Origin: Desulfobacteria bacterium
GTDB taxonomy: Bacteria > Desulfobacterota > Desulfobacteria > Desulfobacterales > C00003060
Length of the DNA: 46,848 nt
Reading direction: 5' to 3'
Assembly (NCBI GenBank): GCA_041547605.1
Contig: JBFEUB010000001.1
Span: 1 to 46,848 of the forward strand
Shown here: one piece after another, positions 27,978-37,070 of the stretch
How positions within the stretch are numbered: the stretch's first letter is position 1
Layout of the letters: every line of letters starts with the position of its first letter
Program-made: the position numbers and the translations under genes
The notes under the pieces: generated by a model
Database searches by the model: none
What the model saw: the letters and a program-made list of their open reading frames with translations, nothing else
Told to the model about the DNA's origin: nothing

Positions 27978-28946
27978 ATGACAAACAAGCCGAAGATTGC
28001 CCTATACTGGTGCTCGAGCTGCGGGGGGTGTGAGGAATCGGTCGTTGATCTCGCTGAAGATTTCCTGGAAGTTTCTGAGATGGCCGACATTGTGTTTTGG
28101 CCAGTCGCCATGGATTTCAAATACAAGGATGTTGCGGCCCTGAATGATGGGGTGATTGCGGCAACCCTTATCAACGGGTCCATCAGGACGGATGAACAAG
28201 AAGAGATGGTCAACCTGTTGAGGCAGAAATCTAGGGTGCTCATGGCCCACGGAAGTTGTGCACAGCTTGGTGGCGTGTACGGTTTAGGCAATTTTTTTGA
28301 ACGCAAAGATATATTGAATCGTTCATACAAGGAAGTCCCAAGTGTAAATAACCCTGAGGGAACTTTGCCCGAAGTGCAAAGCATGGAATTCGGTCGGGAG
28401 CTAACGCTTACGGGTTTTCACGATCGTGTGAGGGCCCTGAACCAGGTGGTAGATATAGACTATTATATTCCGGGTTGTCCCCCAACACCCCAACTGATCA
28501 AAGATGCGATTGTAATGGCCGTGGAGGACAGGCTTCCTCCAAAGGGAAGCGTATTGGCGGACAGGAAGGCGCTTTGCGATACTTGCCCTCGAAGAGATAC
28601 GAGACCCGAAAAACTGCGGGTCAAAGCTTTCAAAAGACTCCATCAAACAGATTGGGACCCCTCCAAGTGTTTCTTGAACCAAGGACTCATCTGTCTAGGC
28701 CCGGCTACGAGGGGCGGTTGCATGGCAAGGTGCATCAGTGCAAACATGCCCTGCCGGGGTTGCTTTGGGCCTACAGATCGTGTCAGAGACCAGGGGGCAA
28801 AATCTTTGTCTTTTCTGGCATCTATTATCGACTCAAAGGACGAGAAGGAATTAGAAAAAATCGCAGATTCCATACCTGATCTGGCCGGTCTACTGTACAG
28901 GTACAGCCTGGCCTCATCCATGTTGAAGGGAAGGATCCCAGGATAG
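27978..28946 (+). CDS. mvhG: NiFe hydrogenase small subunit, Mvh (group 3c) type
   Basis: KPKIALYWCSSCGGCEESVVDL proximal-cluster motif, plus GCPP and further Cys clusters. The start is set at the ATG at 27978; the track ORF begins at 27954. Confidence 0.85.
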   Translation: MTNKPKIALYWCSSCGGCEESVVDLAEDFLEVSEMADIVFWPVAMDFKYKDVAALNDGVIAATLINGSIRTDEQEEMVNLLRQKSRVLMAHGSCAQLGGVYGLGNFFERKDILNRSYKEVPSVNNPEGTLPEVQSMEFGRELTLTGFHDRVRALNQVVDIDYYIPGCPPTPQLIKDAIVMAVEDRLPPKGSVLADRKALCDTCPRRDTRPEKLRVKAFKRLHQTDWDPSKCFLNQGLICLGPATRGGCMARCISANMPCRGCFGPTDRVRDQGAKSLSFLASIIDSKDEKELEKIADSIPDLAGLLYRYSLASSMLKGRIPG

Positions 28947-28951
28947 CGCCG

Positions 28952-30406
28952 ATGAGCAAACGCATCAGAATAGACCCCATAACAAGATTGGAAGGACACG
29001 GCAAGATAGACATCTTCCTGGATGACAAAGGTGACGTGGAGCGGGCCTATTTGCAGGTTCCGGACTTCAAGGGCTTTGAGAAATTCTGTGAGGGAAGGGC
29101 TGTAGAAGAGATGCCGACGCTTACGCAAAAGGTTTGTGGGGTATGCCCCACGGCCCACCATACTGCGTCGAGTAAGGCACTGGATGACCTTTTTAAAGTG
29201 GAGCCGCCTCCTGCCGCAAAAAAGATCAGGGAACTCATGTATAATGCATTTATGTTTGAGGACCATCTATTGCACTTCTTTGTTCTGGGCGGACCGGACT
29301 TGATCGTTGGTCCAGATGCGCCAGGCGTCGAGAGAAACATTCTCGGAGTCATAGGTAAATTGGGCATCGAAATTGGGAAAAAGGCGATTGACATACGAAA
29401 CAGGGTGCGGGGTGTGAATGCTTTGATCAGCGGGAGCTCTCTCTATCCCGTTTGCGGGCTTCCTGGCGGAATTTCAAAGACCATCACAGAAGAAGAGAAA
29501 GCTGAAATACAGGTTGTTGCAAGAGATGCCATGGATTTTGCTAAATTTACATTGAAGATATTTCATGATGACGTACTCAAGAACAAAAAGTTCACGGATC
29601 TCCTCACTGGCAACATTTTTTACCACAACACGTACTACATGGGGATGGTTGATGATAGGAGAAAAGTGAATTTTTATGATGGAAAAATCAGGGTTGTTGA
29701 TCCGAACGGCAAAGAGTTTGTCACATTCGAGGCAAAGGACTATTTGAACCATCTGGAGGAACGCGTCGAACCGTGGAGTTATCTGAAGCTGCTGTATTTG
29801 AAGAACATTGGCTGGAAGGGATTCATCGACGGAGAAGGCAGCGGAGTCTACAGAGTCGGCCCCCTTGCTCGCCTAAATGCTTCCGAGGGCATGGCTACAC
29901 CGTTGGCCCAGGCCGAGTATGAGAAGATGTTTGATACTTTAGACGGCAAGCCGGTTCATAACACGTTGGCCTACCACTGGGCAAGGCTCATTGAGGTCTT
30001 GTACGCTGCAGAAAGAATGGGTGAGCTTGCGGGCGATGAAGAGCTCACGAATCCCCACGTAAGAAACCATTCTCATGAATCTCCCTCAGAAGGCTTTGGG
30101 GTGTGTGAAGCCCCACGGGGGACCCTCTTTCATCATTACGAAACCGATGAGGCAGGCATCATAGGAAAGTTGAACCTGTTGGTTGCCACACAAAACAGTG
30201 CTGCGGCCATTTGTATGTCGATTGAAAAGGCTGCCCGGGCTTTTATAAAAGGTGGTCACGTTTCTGATGGGATACTTAATATGATAGAGATGGCATTCCG
30301 GGCCTATGACCCATGCCTTGCCTGTGCCACCCACTGCCTCGCGGGACGAAGGGCGCTACTTGTGAACTTGTATGATAAGGAAAAGAACTTGATAAAGGTG
30401 ATTTGA
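28952..30406 (+). CDS. mvhA: NiFe hydrogenase large subunit, Mvh (group 3c) type
   Basis: 484 aa with N-terminal RLEGHGKI and CGVCPTAHH. The C-terminal DPCLACATH is followed by a tail of about 24 aa expected to be removed by a maturation protease. Confidence 0.9.
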   Translation: MSKRIRIDPITRLEGHGKIDIFLDDKGDVERAYLQVPDFKGFEKFCEGRAVEEMPTLTQKVCGVCPTAHHTASSKALDDLFKVEPPPAAKKIRELMYNAFMFEDHLLHFFVLGGPDLIVGPDAPGVERNILGVIGKLGIEIGKKAIDIRNRVRGVNALISGSSLYPVCGLPGGISKTITEEEKAEIQVVARDAMDFAKFTLKIFHDDVLKNKKFTDLLTGNIFYHNTYYMGMVDDRRKVNFYDGKIRVVDPNGKEFVTFEAKDYLNHLEERVEPWSYLKLLYLKNIGWKGFIDGEGSGVYRVGPLARLNASEGMATPLAQAEYEKMFDTLDGKPVHNTLAYHWARLIEVLYAAERMGELAGDEELTNPHVRNHSHESPSEGFGVCEAPRGTLFHHYETDEAGIIGKLNLLVATQNSAAAICMSIEKAARAFIKGGHVSDGILNMIEMAFRAYDPCLACATHCLAGRRALLVNLYDKEKNLIKVI

Positions 30407-30433
30407 CCAATGGATTGAAGATAAGGAGATCCA

Positions 30434-30661
30434 GTGACGGCTGTAGAGATTTTGGACACCCTTGGCCTGAAATGCTCTCAGCCAGTTCTCAAGATAGCTG
30501 TTCGGGCTCCGGATATGAAACCTGTTGATATTTTGGAGGTATTAGGGGACTCTCCGACATTTGAGAAGGATATGCGCACCTGGTGTGAGCGTCTGGAAAA
30601 GGTCTTGCTCTCCATAGAGGATGAAGGGGGAGATAAGAGAAGGGTTCAGATACAGTTCTAG
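30434..30661 (+). CDS. TusA/SirA-family sulfur carrier-like protein
   Basis: 75 aa with a GTG start after AAGGAG. LDTLGLKCSQPVLKI aligns with the TusA LDALGLRCPEPVMMV active-site region, with CSQP in place of CPxP. Confidence 0.75.
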   Translation: MTAVEILDTLGLKCSQPVLKIAVRAPDMKPVDILEVLGDSPTFEKDMRTWCERLEKVLLSIEDEGGDKRRVQIQF

Positions 30662-30811
30662 AAGCCCGTTCATCACAAATGGCACAGAGAAAAGACTGCT
30701 TTCACAGCGGGCCCTTCCGCCCAGCCATTTAAGAGACAGAAACAGCTCAGGGCACCATGGGCGCATTGCACTGCTCAGAGCGGCGTCTTTGCTTGAAAAG
30801 GAGATTGTGGG

Positions 30812-33067
30812 GTGAAAAGGAAGGTGAAATGCTGGGAGTTCTTCGAATGTAAAAAGACAGAATGCCCAGTTTTCGAGTCAAAGGAACTCAGGTGTTGGCT
30901 CGTTCCTGGGACCCACTGTCGGGATGAGATCCAGGGAAAGTTTTTGGAGAAGATAGAAATGTGTCTTGGCTGTGAGCCTTTCAAACAAAATGTAGATATG
31001 ACCTCGGTGGAAGATACGCTAAAAGCAGTGAATGAGCAGTTCACAGAATATAGGAGGATGGTTGAAGAGCGAGACAAGGAATTGGAGGGCACCAGCTTGG
31101 AGTTGGCCATGGGCTTATCGGAGGTCTTTGAAGCATTGAAAAAGATTTCTTCAGGAGACCCCTCAGTCAAGATACCTGAGATATCGGATTTCGATCTGAT
31201 TACTAAATTAAAGCATATGGTCAATTTGACCGGCGAAAACCTGTCAGAAATGGTAGATCTTTCTCACGAGTTTGCCATTGGTCTGGCGGAGCACTTCGAC
31301 GCAATGCACAGAGTCTCAAAAGGCGACTTCACTGCTAGGGTGTCAGGGGGTTCTCAAGTAGAACTACTAGATAGCCTTAAGAAAGTGACAAACGACATGA
31401 TTGAAAGCGTGTCCAGGGAATTCACCAAGCGCAAGCGCGCGGAGGAGGCTCTGCAGGCAGCTCACCACGACCTGGAAATTCGAGTTGAAGAACGAACTGC
31501 AGAGCTCACAAGGGCCAATGTGCTTCTGAAACAGGAGGTCTCTGAACGCAAGCGAGCCGAGGAGGCTCTCCGGGACAGTGAGGAGAGATACCGGACCCTT
31601 TTTGAAGACTCCAGAGACGCGATCTACATTACGGCTCGAGAAGGTGAGTTCATCGACGTTAACCAATATGCGCTTGATCTCTTTGGTTACACAAGAGACG
31701 AGATGGTAGGGCTGAATGCCCGTGAGATATATGTGAATCCTGATGACAGAATCCGGTTTCAGCAGGAGGTAGAGTCAAAAGGATCTGTCACGAACTATGA
31801 GGTGAAGTTTCGCAAGAAGGATAAGACGACGATGGACTGCCTTCTGACTGCCAGTTTACGGCACGCTAAGGATGGACGCATTCTGGGATACCAGGGCATC
31901 ATCCGGGATATCACGGAGCGGAAACGCCTGGAGGCCCAACTTCAGCGAGCTCAGAAAATGGAAGCGATCGGTACGCTGGCTGGCGGCATTGCTCATGACT
32001 TTAACAACCTTCTCATGGGGATACAGGGAAATGTGTCTTTAATACTTTCGAAGATGGATGCTGCAGACCCGCATTACGAAAGGTTGAAGAACACGGAAAA
32101 GCAGATTCAAAGCGGAGCCAGACTTACGTCACACCTTCTTGGATATGCGAGGAAGGGAAGATATGAGGTCAGGCCCTTTGACCTGAACGGACTTGTGGAA
32201 GAGATCTCGGAGACCTTTGGCAGGACCAAAAGGGAGATTGCTATTCAGATAGAGCTTGCTCCAGAGCTGTTTGCTGTAGAGGCAGATGCGGGGCAGATAG
32301 AGCAGGTTCTTTGGAATCTGTTCGTAAATGCAGCAGATGCCATGCCTGGTGGTGGGAATCTTATCTTGAAGACGACGAATGTCACCCACAAGGATATGAG
32401 GGGTAAGCTATATAATCCAAAGCCGGGCAGCTATGTATTATTAACAGTGAGCGATACAGGCACGGGCATGGACAAAGATACCATGGGACGCATCTTTGAT
32501 CCTTTTTTTACTACCAAGGAGAGGGGGCGGGGTACCGGTCTAGGTTTAGCTTCCGCTTACGGGATCATAAAGGGCCATGGCGGATATATCGATGTCGATT
32601 CCAGGAAAGGGCACGGAGCCAGCTTCAGTATCTATCTGCCCGCATCTGAGAAAATGGTCGGCGAAGCTCTGAGGCGTCCCGATCAGCTGGTGATGGGGAC
32701 TGAGACTGTGCTTCTAGTGGATGATGAAGAGGCCATCCGGGAAGTCGGCGAGGAGTTGCTGGAGACCATGGGCTACACTGTTATGCTGGCAAGGGACGGC
32801 AAAGAAGCTTTAGAAATCTATCAGAAGCATGGGGACAACATAGACATCGTCCTGCTTGACATCGTTATGCCGCGCATGGGTGGCGGTGAAGTCTATGAGA
32901 AGATGAAGGCATTAAACTCGAACATCAAAGTTCTCCTTTTGAGCGGGTACAGCATTGATGGTGAAGCGGCGGAGATATTAGACCGTGGCTGTGATGGTTT
33001 TATTCAGAAGCCCTTCACCATGAAAGAGCTGTCTGGTAAGATAAGGGAAATCATGGAAGAGGAATAG
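30812..33067 (+). CDS. Hybrid sensor histidine kinase: Cys-rich two-CW-like N-terminus, coiled coils, PAS, HisKA, HATPase, receiver
   Basis: 751 aa with N-terminal KCWEFFECKKTECPV...LRCWLVPGTHC...CLGC. It has a PAS S-box ending in DITERKRLE, the H-box IAHDFNNLL, N and G boxes (NLFVNAADAM, DTGTGM, GTGLGLA), and a receiver domain (LLVDDEE...LLDIVMP). Confidence 0.9.
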   Translation: MKRKVKCWEFFECKKTECPVFESKELRCWLVPGTHCRDEIQGKFLEKIEMCLGCEPFKQNVDMTSVEDTLKAVNEQFTEYRRMVEERDKELEGTSLELAMGLSEVFEALKKISSGDPSVKIPEISDFDLITKLKHMVNLTGENLSEMVDLSHEFAIGLAEHFDAMHRVSKGDFTARVSGGSQVELLDSLKKVTNDMIESVSREFTKRKRAEEALQAAHHDLEIRVEERTAELTRANVLLKQEVSERKRAEEALRDSEERYRTLFEDSRDAIYITAREGEFIDVNQYALDLFGYTRDEMVGLNAREIYVNPDDRIRFQQEVESKGSVTNYEVKFRKKDKTTMDCLLTASLRHAKDGRILGYQGIIRDITERKRLEAQLQRAQKMEAIGTLAGGIAHDFNNLLMGIQGNVSLILSKMDAADPHYERLKNTEKQIQSGARLTSHLLGYARKGRYEVRPFDLNGLVEEISETFGRTKREIAIQIELAPELFAVEADAGQIEQVLWNLFVNAADAMPGGGNLILKTTNVTHKDMRGKLYNPKPGSYVLLTVSDTGTGMDKDTMGRIFDPFFTTKERGRGTGLGLASAYGIIKGHGGYIDVDSRKGHGASFSIYLPASEKMVGEALRRPDQLVMGTETVLLVDDEEAIREVGEELLETMGYTVMLARDGKEALEIYQKHGDNIDIVLLDIVMPRMGGGEVYEKMKALNSNIKVLLLSGYSIDGEAAEILDRGCDGFIQKPFTMKELSGKIREIMEEE

Positions 33068-33198
33068 GCTTTAGTTTCCTGGTTGTAAGTCCGCTATCCC
33101 CAGAATGACTTTCAACACCTTTTGGTGTCAGCCGTTTGTTGGAACTGCCCCGATTTTTTTGACACAAATGCTTTGCAAGGGGTTCCGAACGAAAACGT

Positions 33199-33290
33199 GG
33201 GAACTGATGATCCTCTTTATTTCACGGCCCTTGACTGCGTAATAAAGCTGCCCGCTATGCGGGCAGTCTTTTACCCCCGCCTACATCAAG
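33199..33290 (+). repeat. Family-3 short repeat, copy 1
   Basis: GGGAACTGATGATCCTCTTTATTTCACGGCCC... aligns with 39959-40045 in the same orientation. Confidence 0.7.
33248..33273 (+). terminator. Terminator-like hairpin inside family-3 copy 1
   Basis: CTGCCCGC-TAT-GCGGGCAG followed by TCTTTTA, about 180 nt downstream of the kinase stop. Confidence 0.4.
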
Positions 33291-33492
33291 GTCATTGAAA
33301 AACCCAAAGAATCTGGATATACGATTCATCCATGTGACGGACCTGTCTGGTTAGTTTGCATCGATAGCGGCAACATATTCAGTTTCCGAGTAACCAGATA
33401 AGCTGTTACGTGTGGCGAAAGGCGGGTTATCCGGTGGAAAGTATGGAAAGTTCGTGGTCGATCGTCGATCACGTCTTGGGTCAAGACAAAAC

Positions 33493-33545
33493 GGGCTGTT
33501 GCTCACATAGCTATGCAAGACAACATTCAGGGAACCGCCAGGGAT
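33493..33545 (+). repeat. Family-1 repeat, solo arm A
   Basis: GGGCTGTTGCTCACATAGCTATGCAAGACAACATTCAGGGAACCGCCAGGGA matches arm A plus the first bases of the core inverted repeat, then diverges. Confidence 0.8.
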
Positions 33546-33617
33546 AGGAGGGCACCCATTCTGAAGACAGTGGTCTCTGTCACACTTGCCGGACAGTAGC
33601 ATCTGATAGAAAGTTTC

Positions 33618-33878
33618 TTGGACATTACGGAGCACAAGCAAGCAGAGGAAGAGCGAGAGAGACTCATTAGGGAACTTCAAGAAGCTCTTGCCGAGGTTAA
33701 GACGTTGAGGGGACTGCCTCCCATTTGTGCGTCATGCAAGAGCATAAGAGACGACCAGGGCTATTGGCAGCAAATTGAAGCCTATATCCAGAATCATTCA
33801 GAGGCCGAGTTCATCCAGAGTGTTTGTCCTGAATGCGCAAAGAAGCTTTACCCTGAAGTCTTTCAAAAGAGCCAATGA
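33618..33878 (+). pseudogene. Orphan C-terminal four-Cys module, probably a 5'-truncated remnant of a PAS sensor gene
   Basis: 86 aa from a TTG codon. It begins with the PAS-exit signature LDITEHKQAEEE, then a coiled coil, then PPICASCKSIRDDQGYWQQIEAYIQNHSEAEF..SVCPECAKKLY. An in-frame stop lies 7 codons upstream, and no PAS-encoding ORF precedes it. Confidence 0.45.
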
Positions 33879-33963
33879 CGCCCAGAACCGTCGCAGGAAT
33901 TTTTGAGCATATCATGAACTTATTTCGTTATGAAAAATAGACTCGTAAGACAGGAGGTCTGAG

Positions 33964-34677
33964 ATGCAGGAATACACTATTCATCCGCTTGTGGTTGGCG
34001 CTAATGAAACAGATCAAGGGATCATGACCTATCTTCGGGATTATGGGAAAAGAATCTGGATACCTATCTATGTATTCTATTTGAAGGGCGGTGGCAAGAA
34101 TATCTTGGTCGATAGCGGGCTCGAACAGTTTGTCGTTCCGGATGACCTACAGAAGACCTATGGTTTTGATATTCTTGAATTTGAAGATGCCCTCAAGACC
34201 GTGGGCCTCAGACCCGAGGACGTAGATGTGATCATTCATACCCATCTGCACAATGATCATTGCGAAAACGATTACAAGTGTTCTCGGGCCAAGGTATACG
34301 TGCAAAAGGCAGAGATGGATTTCTTCAAGGACCCCCACCCGATCGACCACAGGTATTACCCGGATGTCCTGGACGAGGTTGATGTGGTAGAGGTGGAGGG
34401 GGATACAACCATCTTTGACGGAATAGATGTGATCTTTACTCCGGGGCACACGGTCGGGGGCCAGTCCGTGGCTATCAATACGGCAAAAGGGACGGCGATT
34501 ATCACTGGGCTTTGCTGTAACGACAAGAATTTTCCAGCCACCGGGCCAGCGATTGCTCCGGGAGTGCATGTCAATGCCATGGAGGCTTACGATAGCATGC
34601 AAAAGATTAAGAAGATGGCTGACATCCTGATTCCCCTTCACGACCTGTCAATCGGGAAGATGAAAAGCATCCCCTAA
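33964..34677 (+). CDS. MBL-fold metallo-hydrolase
   Basis: 237 aa with the HTHLHNDH metal-binding motif and a later TPGHT motif. Confidence 0.8.
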   Translation: MQEYTIHPLVVGANETDQGIMTYLRDYGKRIWIPIYVFYLKGGGKNILVDSGLEQFVVPDDLQKTYGFDILEFEDALKTVGLRPEDVDVIIHTHLHNDHCENDYKCSRAKVYVQKAEMDFFKDPHPIDHRYYPDVLDEVDVVEVEGDTTIFDGIDVIFTPGHTVGGQSVAINTAKGTAIITGLCCNDKNFPATGPAIAPGVHVNAMEAYDSMQKIKKMADILIPLHDLSIGKMKSIP

Positions 34678-34855
34678 GGTTTGGCGGAAACAACTTGGCA
34701 GAATTGGCGCGCAGATTTGGGTTATATTTAGCCGACCCGATTAAGCACAACCACAGGAGAGTTCGCTATTTCGCGAATTTTGGGAATGAGAATCGGTCAA
34801 AGATGGTCTGGAGGTGAGATGCCAAAATGGTCAGGTGTTTTTGCGCAAGTCTTGA

Positions 34856-35200
34856 TCAGCAGCTCAGATGAAAGCCAGCCACAACCTTTTTCCCGCCTCG
34901 TAAGAGTCGAATGTATGTGTCGCAGGCTGATTCGGTTTTTTCAATCTGGATCTGGATCCCACGGTTTTGGAACTCAGACCTTACCGCCTCTGATACACGC
35001 ATAGAACCATACGCTCCGGTGCCAAAGACACAGATCTCTGCATCTGCATTCAGGAGATCCTGGACGTCTTTTACTTGCACGAGGTGACCTTGGCTACGCC
35101 ACCATTCAGGTACCACGCTTTTGCCAATAAGCTTGACGTCGTTCCGGTAACCCTTCCCATCGATTTCAATGTAGCCAAAGCGGTAAGATTGAATCTTCAT
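34856..35200 (-). CDS. Mth938-like domain protein (DUF498-type)
   Basis: MKIQSYRFGYIEIDGKGYRNDVKL...VFGTGAYG resembles Mth938/NDUFAF3-like domain proteins. The start is set at the ATG at 35200; the track ORF begins at 35218. Confidence 0.6.
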   Translation of the reverse strand: MKIQSYRFGYIEIDGKGYRNDVKLIGKSVVPEWWRSQGHLVQVKDVQDLLNADAEICVFGTGAYGSMRVSEAVRSEFQNRGIQIQIEKTESACDTYIRLLRGGKKVVAGFHLSC

Positions 35201-35268
35201 AGTAGGCAGGATTCCCACACAATGTTTGGCTGCCCGAGGTTGAGGTGCTTTGTTGCTGAGCTAACCCC

Positions 35269-35706
35269 CTAAAGATCGTAAATCCTTTTGTCGTAAAGAT
35301 TGATCCAGTTATCCTTCAGTGCTTTCACGGCTTCTTCAGTTTTATCCACCTCCAAAATCAGGGCCGAATCGTGGGTCTCAAGGCACGGAAAAATGTGGAG
35401 AATATTAATGTTGGCTGCGTGTAACACCTTCAGGATTGTATTCAATCCGCCCGGGTGGTCCGGCACCTGGACCGCAATCACGTTCATGGTCTTTGCCTTG
35501 CAGCCAAGGCCGGTCAAAACCGACATCGCTGCTTCCGGATCGCTGGCAATTAATCGCAAGGTGTCTTTCTTGTTCTCCGTGCCCACCCAGAAGGCGCAGA
35601 CCCTTACATCATTTTCATAGAGATGGCCAATAATGCGGGAAAGTTCACCTTTCTTGTTCTTGACGCCTAAGACAATTTGCTTGACGGTCATGTCCAAGGT
35701 CCTCAT
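35269..35706 (-). CDS. ACT domain-containing protein (tandem ACT)
   Basis: 145 aa with two beta-alpha-beta-beta-alpha-beta-like halves (VKNKKGELSRIIGHL..., VPDHPGGLNTILKVL...). It lies directly downstream of the oxidoreductase operon. Confidence 0.6.
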   Translation of the reverse strand: MRTLDMTVKQIVLGVKNKKGELSRIIGHLYENDVRVCAFWVGTENKKDTLRLIASDPEAAMSVLTGLGCKAKTMNVIAVQVPDHPGGLNTILKVLHAANINILHIFPCLETHDSALILEVDKTEEAVKALKDNWINLYDKRIYDL

Positions 35707-35718
35707 TGGATTCTAGGC

Positions 35719-36309
35719 CTATGAACCCGATAGCCCATCTGCGAATGCTGCACCTTCCTTCAAGGCCAATGTGTTCATTTTGTGGATCTTTGCGCCCTTC
35801 TTTTGAAAGATAGTCTTTACACTCTTTATAACAGATTTCAGGGAAACCAAGCCGGTCTTTTGTACAAACGCACCGATCATAACCATGTTGGCGCCTCGAG
35901 CATTTCCGAGCCTTTTGGCGATACTATTAACCGGTATGGAGACGACGTGTATATCTCGGCGTTTAGGCCGAACATCTACCAGGTCACGATTCAAGAAGAC
36001 AATGCCTCCTGACTTCACCCCGCTCTCGAACTTTATCAGAGAGGGGGTGTTCATCAATACGGCGAAGTCTGGAAAAGATGCTACCGGGGAGGCGATTGGC
36101 TCATCACTTACAGTGACTGTGCAATTGGCAGTCCCACCCCGCACCTCGGCCCCGTAAGAGGGAAGGTAAGTTACGTGCTTGTCCTCTTCCATCCCGGAGG
36201 TCGCCAGCACGTATCCCATCATCAGAACCCCCTGTCCGCCAAAGCCGGAGAATATGGTTTTGGTCTTGCTGATTGTCGTCATCTCTCTCGTCTCGAGTTT
36301 ATCAGTCAA
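35719..36309 (-). CDS. 2-oxoacid:ferredoxin oxidoreductase, gamma subunit
   Basis: 196 aa with the FSGFGGQGVLMMG motif. It overlaps the beta subunit stop. Confidence 0.85.
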   Translation of the reverse strand: MTDKLETREMTTISKTKTIFSGFGGQGVLMMGYVLATSGMEEDKHVTYLPSYGAEVRGGTANCTVTVSDEPIASPVASFPDFAVLMNTPSLIKFESGVKSGGIVFLNRDLVDVRPKRRDIHVVSIPVNSIAKRLGNARGANMVMIGAFVQKTGLVSLKSVIKSVKTIFQKKGAKIHKMNTLALKEGAAFADGLSGS

Positions 36310-37058
36310 CTGCTCGTTTGCGTAGTATCCTTAATTACCCCCAAAGGGTAACTCTTCATGACTTCGTCTTCGACCCGTCTGCATGCTTCAATTGGCGATA
36401 GTTTCCAGTTCGTGGGGCACTGGGATAATATCTCAACCAAGGCAAATCCGAGATCATCCATTTGCACCTGAAAAGCTTTTTTTATTGCCTTTTTGGTTTT
36501 GAGTACATGTTTTGGTGACGTGACAGAAGTCCTCTCAATGTAGACACTCCCGGCTGCCACGGCCAACATTTGACTCAGGTCGAGAGGGAATCCATCCCTG
36601 AGAGGCAATCGGCCCCCAGGTGTGGTAGTTGTGGTTTGCCCAACAAGGGTAGTAGGTGCCATCTGGCCCCCTGTCATTCCATATACGCCATTGTTCACGA
36701 AGACCGCAGTCAACCGTTCGCCGCGATTAGCGGCATGAACGGACTCAGCGGTACCGATGGCAGCGATGTCTCCATCGCCCTGGTAGGTAAATACGACCAG
36801 ATCGGGTCGGGCCCGCTTTATCCCCGTGGCCACGGCCATAGCACGCCCGTGGGGAGCCTCTCCCATGTCTACATCAAGGTAATTATATGCCAGTACCGCG
36901 CACCCGGCAGGTGGCACTCCCACGGTCTTCTCTCGAATCCCTAATTCGTCGATGACCTCAGCGATCAGTCGATGGATGATGCTGTGGCCGCACCCAGGGC
37001 AGTAGTGAAAAATGTGCTCGGTTAAGGCCTCGGGTCTCTTGAATATCTGTTTTGCCAT
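36306..37058 (-). CDS. 2-oxoacid:ferredoxin oxidoreductase, beta subunit (TPP-binding)
   Basis: 250 aa with YCPGCGH and the GDGD TPP motif (YQGDGDIAAIG...NNGVYGMTGGQ). Confidence 0.9.
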   Translation of the reverse strand: MAKQIFKRPEALTEHIFHYCPGCGHSIIHRLIAEVIDELGIREKTVGVPPAGCAVLAYNYLDVDMGEAPHGRAMAVATGIKRARPDLVVFTYQGDGDIAAIGTAESVHAANRGERLTAVFVNNGVYGMTGGQMAPTTLVGQTTTTTPGGRLPLRDGFPLDLSQMLAVAAGSVYIERTSVTSPKHVLKTKKAIKKAFQVQMDDLGFALVEILSQCPTNWKLSPIEACRRVEDEVMKSYPLGVIKDTTQTSS

Positions 37059-37070
37059 AAGATTCCTTTT

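Noticed and set aside
33351-33680. 109 aa minus-strand ORF between the kinase and the four-Cys remnant.
   Set aside because: It runs through the solo repeat arm and overlaps the plus-strand remnant. It has no RBS and no recognisable motif.
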